The notes below the pieces were generated by a model. That model did not search any database and was not told the DNA's origin. It worked only from the letters and a program-made list of their open reading frames with translations. The position numbers and the translations under genes are program-made. 64,000 nucleotides of DNA from Phoronis australis. Its lineage: Eukaryota; Animalia; Phoronida. Numbering within the stretch: position 1 is the first letter of the stretch; every line of letters begins with the position of its first letter. Where the stretch lies: NCBI GenBank assembly GCA_002633005.1, contig NMRA01000127.1, positions 191,149-255,148 of the forward strand. Direction: 5' to 3'. Below, piece by piece: positions 13,102-26,559 of the stretch.

Positions 13102-14505
13102 TCACTTTACCGATACAACGTCGAGCTCGAAATTATTTGAACCAATATGTGTACTTTCTTCAGATGCTGAAATCGTCGTGGTCTTAGAGACTCTAGAGAA
13201 CGCTGCTGTAGATGTCTTTCGGCAACATGGCCACATGCTCACAAAATCTCTTCGAAACGTCTCTCCACTTACAGAGTATAGAAGAAAATTGATGCTGTGG
13301 TTTATATCAATAAAGAAATATGCCATTTTATTGAACAAGAGGTATTGGGCGTAACTGTACAATGTCGGGTCTCCCATGTAATCCCAAAAATTTTCGGCTA
13401 TCATTAGTGCTGCATACGGAGACATGAGGAACGTGAAAGAAACCGATATTGTTAACAACATTCTGGTAATCTGGTTCTGTAGTTTCCTTGCCTCGAGGTC
13501 CATTTCGCTGTTGTTCGTCATTCCCACTCTTTTACGAGCAGCAGCTGACGTCAGCGATATTATGATTCCGTTAAGAACGCACAGCATTATCAAGGGAATG
13601 AAAACGTAAACAGTAGAATCCACCCACCTGTAAGCTGCCATGAACTGTTTGTCTGATGGATACCACCTACACGTCCAAGCACTAACTGCGGTGTAAACAG
13701 CATGGACGAAAAGGAAGTAGTGGAAATTTAAGATAATAGAAAGAATCGACAGAGAAATTGTAACAATGACCGCATTTTTAACAGTACAAATGGATGAAGC
13801 TTTAAGTGGAAAAGCCACAACGATGCAGCGTTCGCACGTCATAGCCAAAACCGTCCACACCGACATGTAAGCAGCAAAGGATATGATGAAGTTGTTGATT
13901 CGACAACCAGCTTCATTGATGAACCAAGTCTGGTCATATTGGTCCATCGTCAAACCAAGTGTCTTCGACATCATGAATGTTGTATCAAAGATGGCCAGCA
14001 TAGCCATATAAAAACATGACGAGTTTTTACGAATTCGTTTGCGCATAACCAAGAAGGACAAAAGATTTCCTAGAAAGGCTAAGGCTGGGAGAAAATAGTC
14101 TTTGAAGTTCTGCAAGTTGAACGCGACCCAGTAGAGATCGTAAGAGGATAACAATGCCCTGGTGTGGTCGTCTCGATCAAAAGAGGCATTTATTGTTTCG
14201 TTAGTGCAGTTTAGGGCGGTGCCGTTAAAGAAATCGAATGACCACTGGTTCATTGTGGAATTCACATCAGACAAATTCTGCATGGAGTTACTGTACTCTG
14301 AACCATTGAAAACTGTCACATGTTGAAAATCCCGAGTCGTGGAGGTCAGTAGAAAGAACTCTGTTGTTTGAATCCCGTTGTCAGTTGTCGTTTCAAAGAT
14401 TGCACCTGTGTTACTTTCCGCTATAGTTGACCATGGTGTAACGCTGTGGTTGTTCGTTTGGTTTTGGGTTGCCATTTCTCGAGTGGGTGTTGCGTTTTCG
14501 GCCAT
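13102..14505 (-). CDS. Class A (rhodopsin-like) GPCR, FMRFamide/peptide-receptor-like, paralog 1; intronless CDS
   Basis: 467-aa ORF with seven hydrophobic segments and family motifs: TM1 GN (FLGNLLS), TM2 LAxxD (MLAIFD), TM3 Cys plus ERC (DRY variant), ECL2 Cys, TM5 Pro (FIPLIML), TM6 FxxLxxP, TM7 NHSINFLLY, helix 8 FRRDF. The N-terminus is Thr/Ser-rich with many N-x-S/T sites. Confidence 0.95.
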   Translation of the reverse strand: MAENATPTREMATQNQTNNHSVTPWSTIAESNTGAIFETTTDNGIQTTEFFLLTSTTRDFQHVTVFNGSEYSNSMQNLSDVNSTMNQWSFDFFNGTALNCTNETINASFDRDDHTRALLSSYDLYWVAFNLQNFKDYFLPALAFLGNLLSFLVMRKRIRKNSSCFYMAMLAIFDTTFMMSKTLGLTMDQYDQTWFINEAGCRINNFIISFAAYMSVWTVLAMTCERCIVVAFPLKASSICTVKNAVIVTISLSILSIILNFHYFLFVHAVYTAVSAWTCRWYPSDKQFMAAYRWVDSTVYVFIPLIMLCVLNGIIISLTSAAARKRVGMTNNSEMDLEARKLQNQITRMLLTISVSFTFLMSPYAALMIAENFWDYMGDPTLYSYAQYLLFNKMAYFFIDINHSINFLLYSVSGETFRRDFVSMWPCCRKTSTAAFSRVSKTTTISASEESTHIGSNNFELDVVSVK

Positions 14506-15004
14506 TGTTCTCTTCCCTTAGCTAAAACAACAGAATAAAAATCAGAAATTTTGGTTGAGGTTTCAAGGGTATATAGTAATGTAGCAAAAGATGGTGAAAT
14601 CAGTAGACAGTGTGCATTACAAGTCGTCTAGTCGGTAGTCATCCTATCAGGATCCCGAGTAGCCTTATTCCAGTCACAACTTTGGAAAGTCACGTGAATT
14701 GACTGGCCCGTTAGGTGTCGTTAACTTCACATTTAAAAAAGCTCTAGAGATTACATGAAACACCTATTTTTCTTATTTTGCTTTTATTTTTACAAGAGCA
14801 GTATAATACAATCACAAGTCCACAGACTTTAAAGTAGAATGCCAACCGATTTAATTAGTTTTTTTACCATCTTAGTCGGTCTATATCCACATCGCATCTT
14901 ATACGGTCGACCTCACCTTGCCGAGAGGTGTCGCGTTAAGCTGTGAGGAAGGTGAGAAAAGACGCAACATCAGTGATTCATCTGCAGTGTGCCATGCTGC
15001 TATA

Positions 15005-15290
15005 TTGCGGTGCATCGTTCCCGCTTGTTCGAACTATGAAGCTGCGAATAAATCGAGAATATCGTTTTTCTGACTCCCTCGGGAGCCCGAAATGCTTAGG
15101 AAGTGGCTCGCGGTAGTGAAGAATGAAAAGTTAATAGCAGGTATGAGGTCGTCAAACATCTCCGTGTCTGTGGCCGGTATTTCGTCTACAGTGATTTCTC
15201 TGACGAATTCTGGCATACCAAAGAGCTATCCGTACGTTCGTAGCCGGTGCATGTTCACGGCGCCTCTTTAGTAATTCTTAATCGGTGTAT
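15005..15290 (+). pseudogene. Decayed THAP-domain ORF (transposon-derived) in the predicted GPCR1 intron
   Basis: CIVPACSN...SFF*LPREPEMLRKWLAVV, then after a frameshift LRVCGRYF. This is the THAP C2CH pattern with a stop codon and an H-to-Y change. Confidence 0.65.
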
Positions 15291-17925
15291 TCCGGTTCGA
15301 AATGATAGCCTGTGAAACCTAACGATCCGACCTGTGAAGTTTTCGTCGGATGAGCTCTCGCGGACTAAGTCGGGATTGGCACCGAGCGAGTTGACATGTA
15401 GACGTTTTTTATTCTGGGTTTTGTTTCAAAATAAATTATTCTCACCCTACGCAATGCTTATATCATGGGCGGCGCGCCATAGGAGGCTCGGGGAGGGGAC
15501 TGTGGCCCCCATTTTTTTCATTGCTACGCCGCACATGGTCTATAGGCGGTGCATCACAGGGGTGGGCGAGGCGAGTTTAGGCCCCCACTTTTTTCAGTGC
15601 TGCACCACCCATGTATATAAAAGTGGAACATTAGATGCAATTTGTGTTGTCTTTGGAGTATTCGTGAGTGCAAATGCTTTGAGAAGCCTGCAATGAATAA
15701 ACCACTGCGTCACCGGCTTTAGATGTAATAATGGTAATTGTCCGGGCACCGAGGCCGTATGAGCGAATGCTAATTCAGAGCTTGATGACAGAAAGCTGTT
15801 GAGAAACAATAACTCGATTATATATGCCATGGTCACATGTTAGGGGAATCTTAATTTAGATATACAAATACATCATTCAAATCATTTTCACTGTACAACC
15901 TTTGCCCTGACGGTTCTGTGGTAGGGGAACCTGACTTTCAGATTTTCAGTTTCGTGGTTAATTCACCTAAATAATTATGTGCACATTTTTTGGCTGACTA
16001 TTATAATCTTTTCATGACTGGAGATTTAGTTTCAAACTTAAGCTGGTTTATATCTGTGATGTCCAGTCCCGACGGCGCGACGCCGGGCCTGATGGGGTTC
16101 CGAGCCACTGGCGGAGAGTAACAATCGTTTTGTGTGTTTAGAATTGAAAAAATAGCAAGTCTACAAGTACAACACACAGCTATGTTCCCATGTCTGCATT
16201 TCAGGGAAGAATGATTCGAATTTCTCACCAAACAGACCCACTGAAACTTCCACAATCGACCATGGTAGTTGGCCTACCGATACGTTCAAATACCTGTAAA
16301 TCCGTAACAATGAAATAAAACAACAAGCTTATTGAAGAACTCGAAGTATTTGCAAGGGGTTTACATCGAATTTTGATGATTTATTGGCGTAAAACGATGA
16401 ATTCATGCGAAAAGTTGACATCAAAGAACGTGTTGTGAACGACTGAACAGATGTGTTCGAACCGATTACGTCATTGGTTAATTTCAACACCTCCGTCTGC
16501 CGTTAGGTGTCAGGTAAAATCACTGAATTTGCTGTTATCGAATGGAACTACTCGATATAAAATGAAACAAAATAGGTTGTTTTTTGGGTAGCATTCTCAT
16601 TTAAGACATGGTACATATTAGTACTGCACATTTACTAAGAAATAACACGAGCATAGTATACACATTCTTGCTGCAATGACAAGGAAACTATTTCCTCACC
16701 GTTTTTTGAACAATGGATGCGGATGGCGTATTGGTACCATCCACGATTTTCATTTGACTTGAATTCAACAACCTTGTGTGAACAAAATTGCTAAAGGAAC
16801 CCATTCCAAGTCAAAGCCCCATGGGTAGATGGGCGATTTGCTCTATGCATTGTGTAAGATGAGGAGGAACATGGTGATGACCGAGGGGAGAATGGTGAAA
16901 TTGGGGGATAAATAGGGAGGGGAGATTTTCTTTCCTCTCTAGTTTGGTAAAGACACCTTTCCCTCCAACTGTGCGGTGGCCCTGGTACCAGAAGTGAAGA
17001 TCAATCATTGTTGTCTTTCACATTGTCGTTCTAAATTATATTTAAGTAGTGAGTACATCTCATTTCTAACCCCAGTGTAAATCAAGTCTGTCAAAACCCA
17101 GCTTTTGATTTTGGCCATATAGTGTACTAAACTCTGTTTGATCCGCACGTAGAAGGTGTACGACTGAGGGGCGAATTCATTTATTTATTGCAACTGTGAT
17201 GCGCTTTTAATTAATTTTCTAAACCATTATAATTGTAAAATGGGAACTTAATACCAAATTTCTGTCATGATTTCATTCTCTTTTCATGAAACAAAACAGA
17301 GGCGAATCTACGGGGGGGGTTCAAGGGGTTCAAGCCTCTCTCCCCTCAGGATTGAATCAAACATAAAAGTTAAACAAAATGTCGCCAGGAAAACGAACTC
17401 AGGTACTAAAAACGAAAAACAAAAAAATGTTACACAGGTGGAGGAAAACACCTTCCCCACCTTCCCTCCGCTCAGCTCTACGCGCCTCGGATTCACGCAA
17501 ATCCTAACCCCCCCCCCCCCCCTTCTTACTGGAAACGAAGATCTGTCACTGCAGATCTCCCAGCGCGGTTGCATAAAGGTTCCTGCGTTAAATAGCAAAC
17601 ATACATCCCACAACATAATTCATAGAGACTTTGAATTACAACAAAAGTACGAGAATTCTATGAAATAAATGAACAGGTCTTTTACTCAGTCACACCAAAC
17701 AAGTAACAACCAAGCATAGACTTTATATCTTTATAATTTTGTAAGTACAAAGACGCATTATTGGGAGTATTTAAAAAATATTATTAAATAAACCGGAATA
17801 TGAACAGGAATTCTCGAATTTAATTCGGATAAAAATTATCAGAAAATGCATTCCTTGGGAAAAATAACAAAAAATAAGTTGTGTGAAGTTGTAAAACAAC
17901 ACTAGGATCCAAGTTAGTGGCTTAC

Positions 17926-18100
17926 CTGCTTACTTTACATAGGAAGCAAGAGATTGGTTTATAGATAGAGTACCCCTGCAATTAGATGCCTGACACGTAG
18001 TTGGAGCCGTCCCGTCTTTAAGTGTCAACAGATCGTTCCAAACTTATGTGAAGGGGTCGAAAGCATACGTTTGATAATATCGCTGTATTTGTTTTATTTA
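17926..18100 (-). other. Putative non-coding 5' exon of GPCR paralog 1 (intron approx. 14522-17925)
   Basis: Block conserved in three copies, ending on the minus strand in the donor CAG|GTAAGC. A pyrimidine-rich acceptor TTCTGTTGTTTTAG lies 16 nt upstream of the GPCR ATG. The 5' boundary is approximate. Confidence 0.65.
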
Positions 18101-19239
18101 TTGTTGCAGTTTGGGTTAGATATTGCTTCGACGACTATGTGAAATATTTGTATCAACATTAAAAAACAGACAAAGTGAAATAATCAAATGCAAGCCCTCC
18201 ACCCCTTCATGCGGGTTTGGAATTATCTAGTGTCGGGGAAACTGACGTTAGGTGCCACGAAGATGATTGTAAAAAGCGTAACGAAAGTACTGAACCTAAA
18301 TCGTATTGCATTTTAGAAATATATTTGGGAGTCCCCATGCGGATGAGACCAGAGGACATTTGAAAACAGACAATGTTGAAAGGGTCGAGATAATTAAGTC
18401 AGGATCTCGAGATCCTGAGATAATTGAAGAAGAAACGTTCCATGTCATCTTTGGGCCACCGTAGGTGGGCGACCACGTCAATTTTACAAGCTACAGACAA
18501 CTATTGCGAAATACCAAGTCAAAAAAATATTTAACGTTTCTAGCATGAATCTTTCTATTCAGATTTTCTGGTCAAAACACAGTGCCACCTGGTGTTGGGT
18601 TCCATGACTACACTAGCTTGTCGTGGTGCAGTTGCCTGGCTGCAGATTATGAGTTACATACATGCCCCGTGATTTCTTTTTAGCAATGTCAGCTGAAGTG
18701 GATAATTGTTCTGCATGGGCGGCACACCATAGGGGGCTGGAGAACTATAGCCCACACTTTTTTCAGTGCTACGCTGCTCATGGTCTATGGGCGATGCACC
18801 ACAGGGGGGCTGGGGGTCATAGCCCCCCACTTTTTTCAGTGCTGCGCCACCCCGGTTCTGCTTACGTTAAACTTTACTTCTTTACGTAAATGTACCATCA
18901 TGACAAAGCTTATTATGTAACGTGTGTACAGTATAATGGGTCATTAGTATTGACATCACTATGGGCTGGGGTTTATGAACTTGCCTTTATTGTTAACCAT
19001 TGTAATGTAATAAACATATGCAAAATTGAGTGCTTGACCTGTTCAACTAACTGGTGACATCATGGGTTCATGAATTTGAGCCCAATGATAAATGTTGTGT
19101 TGTGCGCAAATGTGCTTGATCATGTTGTTTGAATGACAGATGTCAGCCAACATATTGGATTTGGGTTACCTATTACTTTATTTGGATAGGAATAGGTCAA
19201 TACATATATTAAGGAAATATTGCAACTTTTCTAGAGTAA

Positions 19240-20740
19240 AATTTCTTACTATATAAACATTCTCTTACTTAACTGTAGAGGTCACGCAGACAAAATGAAG
19301 AGAAAAGACAATTTCAGAATCATTTGTTTACAAGATATACATGTCAAAACCAAGTCTTGAAAATTCTTTCAGAAACAAATGGGGTTTTGATGTCAAATAT
19401 TAGAGGAGTTGATATATCGTTTAATAATAATTTTCAGTATATTTTCCATCGTCAGATTATTGCCTAAGCGGATAGTTATCTAGTTTTAGACATTACTGTC
19501 AATAAGTATTTTAAATTTGCACTGATTAAAATATACCGTTCAAACCATGACGAACCTAGTTTTCTCAAACACAATGAAATTGATTTTGAAAACGATGCTT
19601 TTCTAATGTATAGGGACTGGAGTATGATAATCGATAGCTCAAAAGTCGCGTTTAACTATTGAAATATTAACAATCCAAATGCACGCGAAAATATTTTAGA
19701 GGTTATAAAAGAAAACAAATTGTATGATATTAGGCGAGTATTTCACCAAGACGAAAATAGTTTCGCGTGGTTTAAAAACACCCTGTGAACATGGGTAGAT
19801 TGGATTTTTCCTTGCTGCGGTTGACTTTTCTCCAGTTTTCACACTCTTCTATTTTTCAAGCCTATAGATCAGGGGCCTATTCCAAGAAACTGACTTAAGT
19901 TCATTTTTGACTTAAGCTAAAGATCTGTCTTGCAGTTTTTGAAACTTCCACATTCGGTAGGTTAGCCAAAATTAAGACAAAACACTTTAGCCAAACCTAA
20001 GATCTCTTTCTTGAATTTGTTTTGAGACAATTTTAACTTTTCTTTTAAAATTTACTAAACTTTTAAGATTTGCCTTTGTCAGTTTTGTTGGAACGGGATT
20101 CAGATCACGCCGCGGTGTTACTTAAAGTTTGTATTTCTGAAGAAAAAAAAGTGGGAAGGTTACTGGAAATTTAATATTTCATTGTTGCCTAATCAAGATT
20201 TTTTCAAAGCGATAAAAAACGAATATTGAAAATATTTACATTTTTAAACTTCTTCAAAAGACTGGGGGTGAATACACTGATTTTCATGTGGGCCCAGTCG
20301 GAAATAATTACATGAAATAAAATACATACATGTATGCAGTCAGTCCGTACTCAAGAGAGATTACTTCTCGTTGCCCGAATGAACATCTTCAATTGATCAC
20401 ATATGATCAATTATTATGGGAAAGAATTTACTTCAACTGAGAGGTTGAATAACACAGTTTTCGTCTGCTATTAAACACCATGATATTCAGAGAGAGAAAA
20501 CTTTTCGGGCAAACATCGCGGAAGTTGACGGAAAATTGGCAATGGAACCAAGTAATGCTGAACAATACCTTCCTAGGTTAGAAACATTCAAGAGTAAGTT
20601 AGAAGAATTAAATAATAAAAATTGAATCTGTCATGGTTAGATCTAGAACTAGATGGTTTGCATGAGAAGAAAAATCTTCGAAATATCTTTGCTATTTAGA
20701 AAATATAAATCATAAAGTAAAAAATTAAAGAAATTAGGGA
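19240..20740 (+). mobile_element. Second copy of the L1/Tx1 endonuclease region (part of a segmental duplication)
   Basis: Colinear with 1700-3040 and continues into linker sequence missing from copy 1. Confidence 0.8.
19873..20100. mobile_element. Paralogous copy of the Harbinger-like MITE
   Basis: Same insertion site and CAG TSD as 2318-2562. Confidence 0.75.
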
Positions 20741-21539
20741 CTGAGTCCTTAAATTGGGTGCGTTGCACGAAAAGATCCCTATTTATTTCCAATAATATTG
20801 AGAATGCAATCTAGAGCTCACTCTCGATTTGTATCAAAGCCAAAAATATGATACCAAAACAGAATGGGATAGGACATTCAGGGTTTACACAAGCCCACAA
20901 ATGCACTGTAGGATTAGAGAACTTAGACGAGTCCCTATTTGGGACTGTTTCATGCAACCGAGCACTGAGCTCTACAGATAGGCTTCGTTTATTTGTATTT
21001 TATTCAGGTTTGTCTTCTTCAATGGAGTACAGAGCAACATGTTGTACATTAAGTTTTAATTCAAGGCAAAATGCCTCTAGGGAGTAAAATCTCTAAAAGT
21101 ATGCTACAAGAACTAACCTTGGTCACGGAACAGTATGAATTTTTTTACTCACTACGTAAAAATGGGTTTCCGCTGGTGGTTCTATTTTCCTCGGTGGTTA
21201 TTGTTATTCTTATTGCTACGACTCCAAAATAGACATCATTAAACGTTGCCAGTCAAAATATTGACGGCCAATACTCATCAAATATTTATTAAAAGATGCC
21301 GCTTATTTTTGTTACCCTTGCCAATTATCTCAATCAGTGTTGTGGGTGATATCACATGCCTATGACAAGTTGCAGCTGTGAGCTTTGGGCAAGTGTTCTT
21401 ACCCAGCACATTTGTGATTTTTTTCTTCAGGAATTATGAGAGCACATTATGCTGCTTAGATATGAGAGCATACAAATTCCACTGTGTACCCTTCCCATCT
21501 GATGTTGGTGATTTAGACCACATGAGGAAATCATTCCTA

Positions 21540-22748
21540 GAAAACAGTCGCACAGACATCTGGGTATGCTGTTAGATGAAAAACTCTCATTCACCCCTCA
21601 CGTTCGGGAGCTCGTACAAAAAACTCAGGAACTAATAAACCCACTTGAGCTTGTCTCTCGTCATCTGAATTCTACACATTTAGAAGTTTTGTTCAAATCC
21701 TTTGTACTTCCACACATTGATTATTGTGATATTATATATCAGTCTGCCAATACGGGTGCACTCCAACATTTGGAGAAGTTACAATATCAAGCCGCCTTAC
21801 TCATAACCGGGGCTTACAGGGGATCCAATAGTGTTAAGGTTTTGAGTGGTCTCAAGTGGCCCAAACTGTCTACTCGACGCAATCTTCACATGACCACGTT
21901 TACTTTCAAGGTAATAAACAATGTCAACAACGTGTCTGTCAAAAAATATTTGATCTATATACTAGACAAGGCCATCGTAGTGATTTGAGATCCTCCACCC
22001 CATATGCAATTCCTCCGTCGTTCAGTCAGGCATTCAGAAGGTCTACAGTCATAATGTGCATCAACAACTGGAATTCTCTTCCAGTCTCTGTTAAGGAAAG
22101 CAACTCTTTTACGAGTATAAAAAATAATTTAGAACCGTTTTTCATAATTTTGATAACTCAACACCCTTTACTCAATTCTCCCCTACCCGCGATAACAAAA
22201 TAGCATTGTACAGATCAAGATGTGGTCTTTTCCTCAACTCTGACAGGTTCAGGCACAACTTTAGTAATGTCTCTCCAAACTAAATGTGGTGACCGTCAAT
22301 CTTATCCTCACATTTTCTTCAAATGTCCGCTCATCGAATCCCTGAGAGACTCACTCTCCGCACTCAATGATAACCAATCAATTGTTAACGCTCTCAATTC
22401 GTGTAATAATATCCGTACTAGAGTTACATTATTACTGAATGGTAGTCCTAACCTTGACTTCGTTCTCAACGAATTCCTCCTAAGCAACGTTAGCAAATTT
22501 TTATGTACCGTTTATCAATATTGTTGCATATGATTTCCCTACATGAATCTGTACATAATTTTGTTTTTACATATCTGTAATAGCATGTCTAAGTATTGGA
22601 ATACTTATTTTAGATACTACTTAATTGTATATACCTCCATGTATATAAGTTTCATTTATGAATTTACAACCCAGATATAATGCTTCGCGGTTTCTGGGTT
22701 TGTTATTATTTCTTTGTATGTTTTGTGTATCCTTCAATAAATATATAT
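21540..22748 (+). mobile_element. 5'-truncated CR1/L2-group LINE 3' end
   Basis: LLDEKLSFTPHV...LFKSFVLPHIDYCDIIY...LEKLQYQAALLITGA...LKWPKLSTRR, then NNWNSLP and HIFFKCP, ending in an AATAAA plus (TA) tail. Confidence 0.85.
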
Positions 22749-24268
22749 CACAGTGTAGTGTAGACCACATGGTTCTGTGTTATAATTTTGAAGATATTTT
22801 GTGATTTGTGAAAGTAAATTGACGGATTTTGCAATGGCTCGGCTGTGAGTAATATGGCTTGGTCTAATTCTCGTTTGTGAATATTCTACATATTTCCCTG
22901 CTGATTTTGTGGTATAGCGAAAATAAATATCCATTATCAAAACATGAGTCTCATGTTATACCATTCCCATTATGATATTTTGATTGTGTGGGATAATGTA
23001 ATCAATAATGAAAAAAACTAAGGATTGCCACATTTGAAACTCCTCTGCGCATTTATTTACGGACTTAGTACGGTGGACTTACATTTTTTCTCTACCACAA
23101 GCATTTTAGACTCAATGCGGAACGTCATTTAGAGGGCTCTAAATTTGATACGGTACTAAAGTTTCGAAAAGACCGGACTAGTGAACGTACCAAAGTCGGT
23201 CCCATTACGTAAGCGCCACAGGTTTGGTCCGAACTATATTGCTCGACCGCCCTAATTTATCTTCCCGCTCCACTTTAGTGCGGAGTTCTTTCGTCCAGGG
23301 TATTAGCCAGGGTACTAGAAATTTTGATTTTTGGCCTTAAAAGGTACATGTACATTTGATTTCTGCATAGTATATTTGTTAATTTTACTTGGCAGTGGGT
23401 GTGGAACATATCACCCTAACTTTGTACCTTATCTGCGTTTCTGACGTTTTTCAAATGCATGCAGTGCGCAAGTGGATACAGGGGATAGCAGTCTTAACAA
23501 ATACTCTGTTTACATCGAATCCACCCGTCGTAAAGGAGACCGCTTTTGTGCCGACATTGAGCAGGTAATCTTCAACACCCGGACAAGTGAAACCTCAAGT
23601 TTGTGCCCGATGGCTTGGGCGGCGCACCATAGGGGTATGGAGGGCTATAGCCCCCCACTTTTTCCAGTGCTGTGCCGACTACGGTCTATGGGTGGTGCAC
23701 CACAGGGGGGCTGGGTGGCCATAACCACCCCCCCCCCACTTTCCTCAGTGCTGTGCCGCCCATGGATGGGCAAGTTGAATTGAAAGTTCTGTTCGGAAAT
23801 TATACTCACTCTGAACGAAATTTTTCGTTTATTGAGCAGTAGCAGTTCAGTTAGGGAATGCCGGATATTCGTCACATGATGTTTATGGGGACCGTTCAGT
23901 AATTGTCTCGCTGCGAGAAATTCATCCAAAACCACGTGGTTCCGTCGAAAACACGCGGCGACATAGTGTTGCGTAATGTTGCTTATTAGCAAGACACTAT
24001 GATTACTGCACGCTCCTCAGAATTATCGTCTGCGTCTGCTTGGACCATAGACATCTTAATTCTGTAGACCAGGCGCACGTGCTGCTGCAGCTGACAACGA
24101 CATAGTGGAGAGTGCTACCATAGACTATAGTACATGGACCGCCAACTCCGTATACTTTCAATGGACGAAATCTGTGAGCTTGCGCACAAGCCTTTACGTC
24201 ATTATTCACTGGCGACACCTGGCTAAATTATCTGGTGTAATTTCCGGCAAGTACGTCATCTGCTAATC

Positions 24269-24473
24269 ATGGTCGGCTGCTGTGTGGCCGGTTGTTCGGC
24301 TACGCAGGCGAAATGCAGAGGCGTTAGCTTCCATAGTGTACGGAGACCCCAAAATCCGCTGTGGGAGAAAAAGTTATGTTCTCGCGTCGACGTGAATGGA
24401 AGTTGTTCTTCCAAAAAAAACTTGTACATTTGTTCACGTCACTTCGAAGATGGGTGTTTTTTAAGAGGCTCTG
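24269..24473 (+). CDS. THAP zinc-finger exon (transposase N-terminus; rest of transposase not found)
   Basis: MVGCCVAGCS...SFH...W...YICSRHFEDGCF carries the C2CH THAP signature and is followed by the donor CTG|GTAGGC. Confidence 0.75.
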
Positions 24474-26233
24474 GTAGGCCTACTACTTAATCCTGTCTTC
24501 ACAAATCCATTTTTCTTTTCTCCGTTTTGAAATTGATGAAAACTATCTGGTAAACTTTTTGACGAAAAATGTCCGCTAAATTTCTTCCAATGGTAGTGAC
24601 TGGTGAACTCTTGTCCTTACGAGGACCTTCAGCCATAGTCTAGTGAGCGAATTAACCAAATTACTCTTCGGTGGCCCTGATCAGACGGTTGGTCTCAGCA
24701 TAATGCGCACATTAGGCCAGGATTTGGATCAGCGATTTCAACAAATTCACATTCGTGTACAAATAAATAGGACGCTAGTAAAACCTTTAACATACCTGTA
24801 AATAAAGATTACATTAATACTTCAGAAATAAATACCTGGACCTGTCAAAATCTATCCCGCAATTCAACAGCAGGCTACATACTCAATTATTTATGTCGAC
24901 TGTATGCCGCACAAAACTTGAACCATCTTAGCAAAGTACGCTGCAGTCTATGAAAATACCAGAATAACGAAAAACCTCGGAAGCAAGGGAAATGAACCCT
25001 AAGAGGTAGCAAGCAAGATAAAGGGGGTGGTAGGGACGTGAAGCTGACGTGTGCCTAATTTTCAATTTCATACTTTTATGTGGCATTTTCATAATTTTGA
25101 TTTGAGATGTCAACTCAGATCAAACGGTTTGAAAGTTCGGATTTTTAATTTGAACTTGAGTTGCACTGCACGTGACCTTTTATGAATTTACCGTAGTTGG
25201 CTACAGACAGGCCCACCTTTATGAAAACAAGCAACGTAGACAAACGCATGCGCGCACCCAGGGGAAAAGTCCAAGAGAAAGAGACGAAAGTCCACAATAC
25301 GGCAGTACCCCGTTTTTTATTTTAGTTCTCACGCTTTTTGTTAGCAAAAGGTCCACTTTGCCAGAGATTCGAGCCCCCGTATTAGAGGCTGGGTGCGCGC
25401 ATGAAACGTCTATACAAATTGCACCCAATGCAGCTCCTGGTTTAAACGCGGGCTTCTTTTTCAAAGTTTGGTCAGGTATAAATAACGCCACAAACATGGA
25501 GGTTCACTGAAACACGTCTACCTTACAGATGTGACAATCCCTAACAAAGGCGGATCTACAGGGGGGGTTCAGGGGGTTTAAGCCCACCCTCGGGACAGGA
25601 TAAAAAATAAAAACTGGAAAAAAAATCGCCAGAAAAACGAATTTAGCTACTAAAAATCCCCAAAAATCTTACACGGGAGGAGGGAAACCCTCTCGCGACC
25701 TTCCTTCTCCTCGGCGCTACGCGCCTCGGATTCTTTCGAATCCTAAACCCCCCCTTACTGAAATCGTAGATCTGCCACTGCCTAGCCACGGAAAACTTGA
25801 GAGGCCGACAAAAATACTAATGATGAAATACCGGTGATGATAATCATCCACTTTGTTAATTTACTTCACCTACACAATTGGAAATAGCCGCTAAAATGAA
25901 ACTCATTCGAGTAAGCACCACGTCATGCGCGCACTCAGAGGGGGGGTTCGAGCCCCCCCCCTTGGCGAAGTGGGCAAAAAGGTCTGCCCGCTCTCTTGTT
26001 AACAACAGGTCCATAACGTCAGGAATTCGAGCCCCCCATTTTGAAGACTGGGTGCGCGCATGCACGTGAGTCCCTGGACAGCCCCAATATGGTAAAACCC
26101 AAGGAGCTCAAGTCGGGGTTAAATCAGGATGGGCATAAATAAGGAAATTTACTGTATCAACAGATTAGACAAATAAGAATAAGATACAAAGCATTGATAC
26201 AGTGTACACGCGCACAATAACTGGGTCTATCAA

Positions 26234-26290
26234 TTTTCCCGCCGCAAGCGATTGAACCAATCGGATCACCAATGGCGCAAACCTTTCGAA
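26234..26290 (+). promoter_or_regulatory. Putative E2F / CCAAT / CHR-like promoter upstream of the cargo ORF
   Basis: TTTTCCCGCC (26234), CCAAT twice (26257, 26269), TGGCGCAAA and TTTCGAA within 60 bp. Mostly retained in the second copy (~54103-54162). Confidence 0.4.
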
Positions 26291-26559
26291 AACAAGCCTA
26301 ATTTTTAGGGAGTCTGTTACTGCTCTTTATATTTTCAAAACTTTAATTTGTTATAGTTAATTTATTTGCTGTGCACCTCAATGAGACCAGTTCATATATA
26401 TGCATTTAACACTATTAATACATTGTAAAATCATAGATTATGCACTATCAACATGAGCCAAAAACAGTACACCCCTTTATTAAAAAATGGGTTAAAGGTT
26501 AGAAACAAAGGACGAGAGCGTAGACAAGTTTCCATCACTTGCAACGTCGATTTTTTACG

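Larger units (their letters stand above)
9570..14540 (+). repeat. Segmental duplication block B (paralogous to ~35188-40610), GPCR plus 3' flank
   Basis: Colinear shared TE remnants, (CA)n tract, flank and CDS. Copy-specific insertions at ~9633-10075 and ~37130-37995. Confidence 0.9.

Noticed and set aside
13070-13609. Plus-strand ORFs conserved in both GPCR copies (also 39142-39681)
   Set aside because: Antisense shadows of the GPCR CDS; the conservation follows from the duplication.
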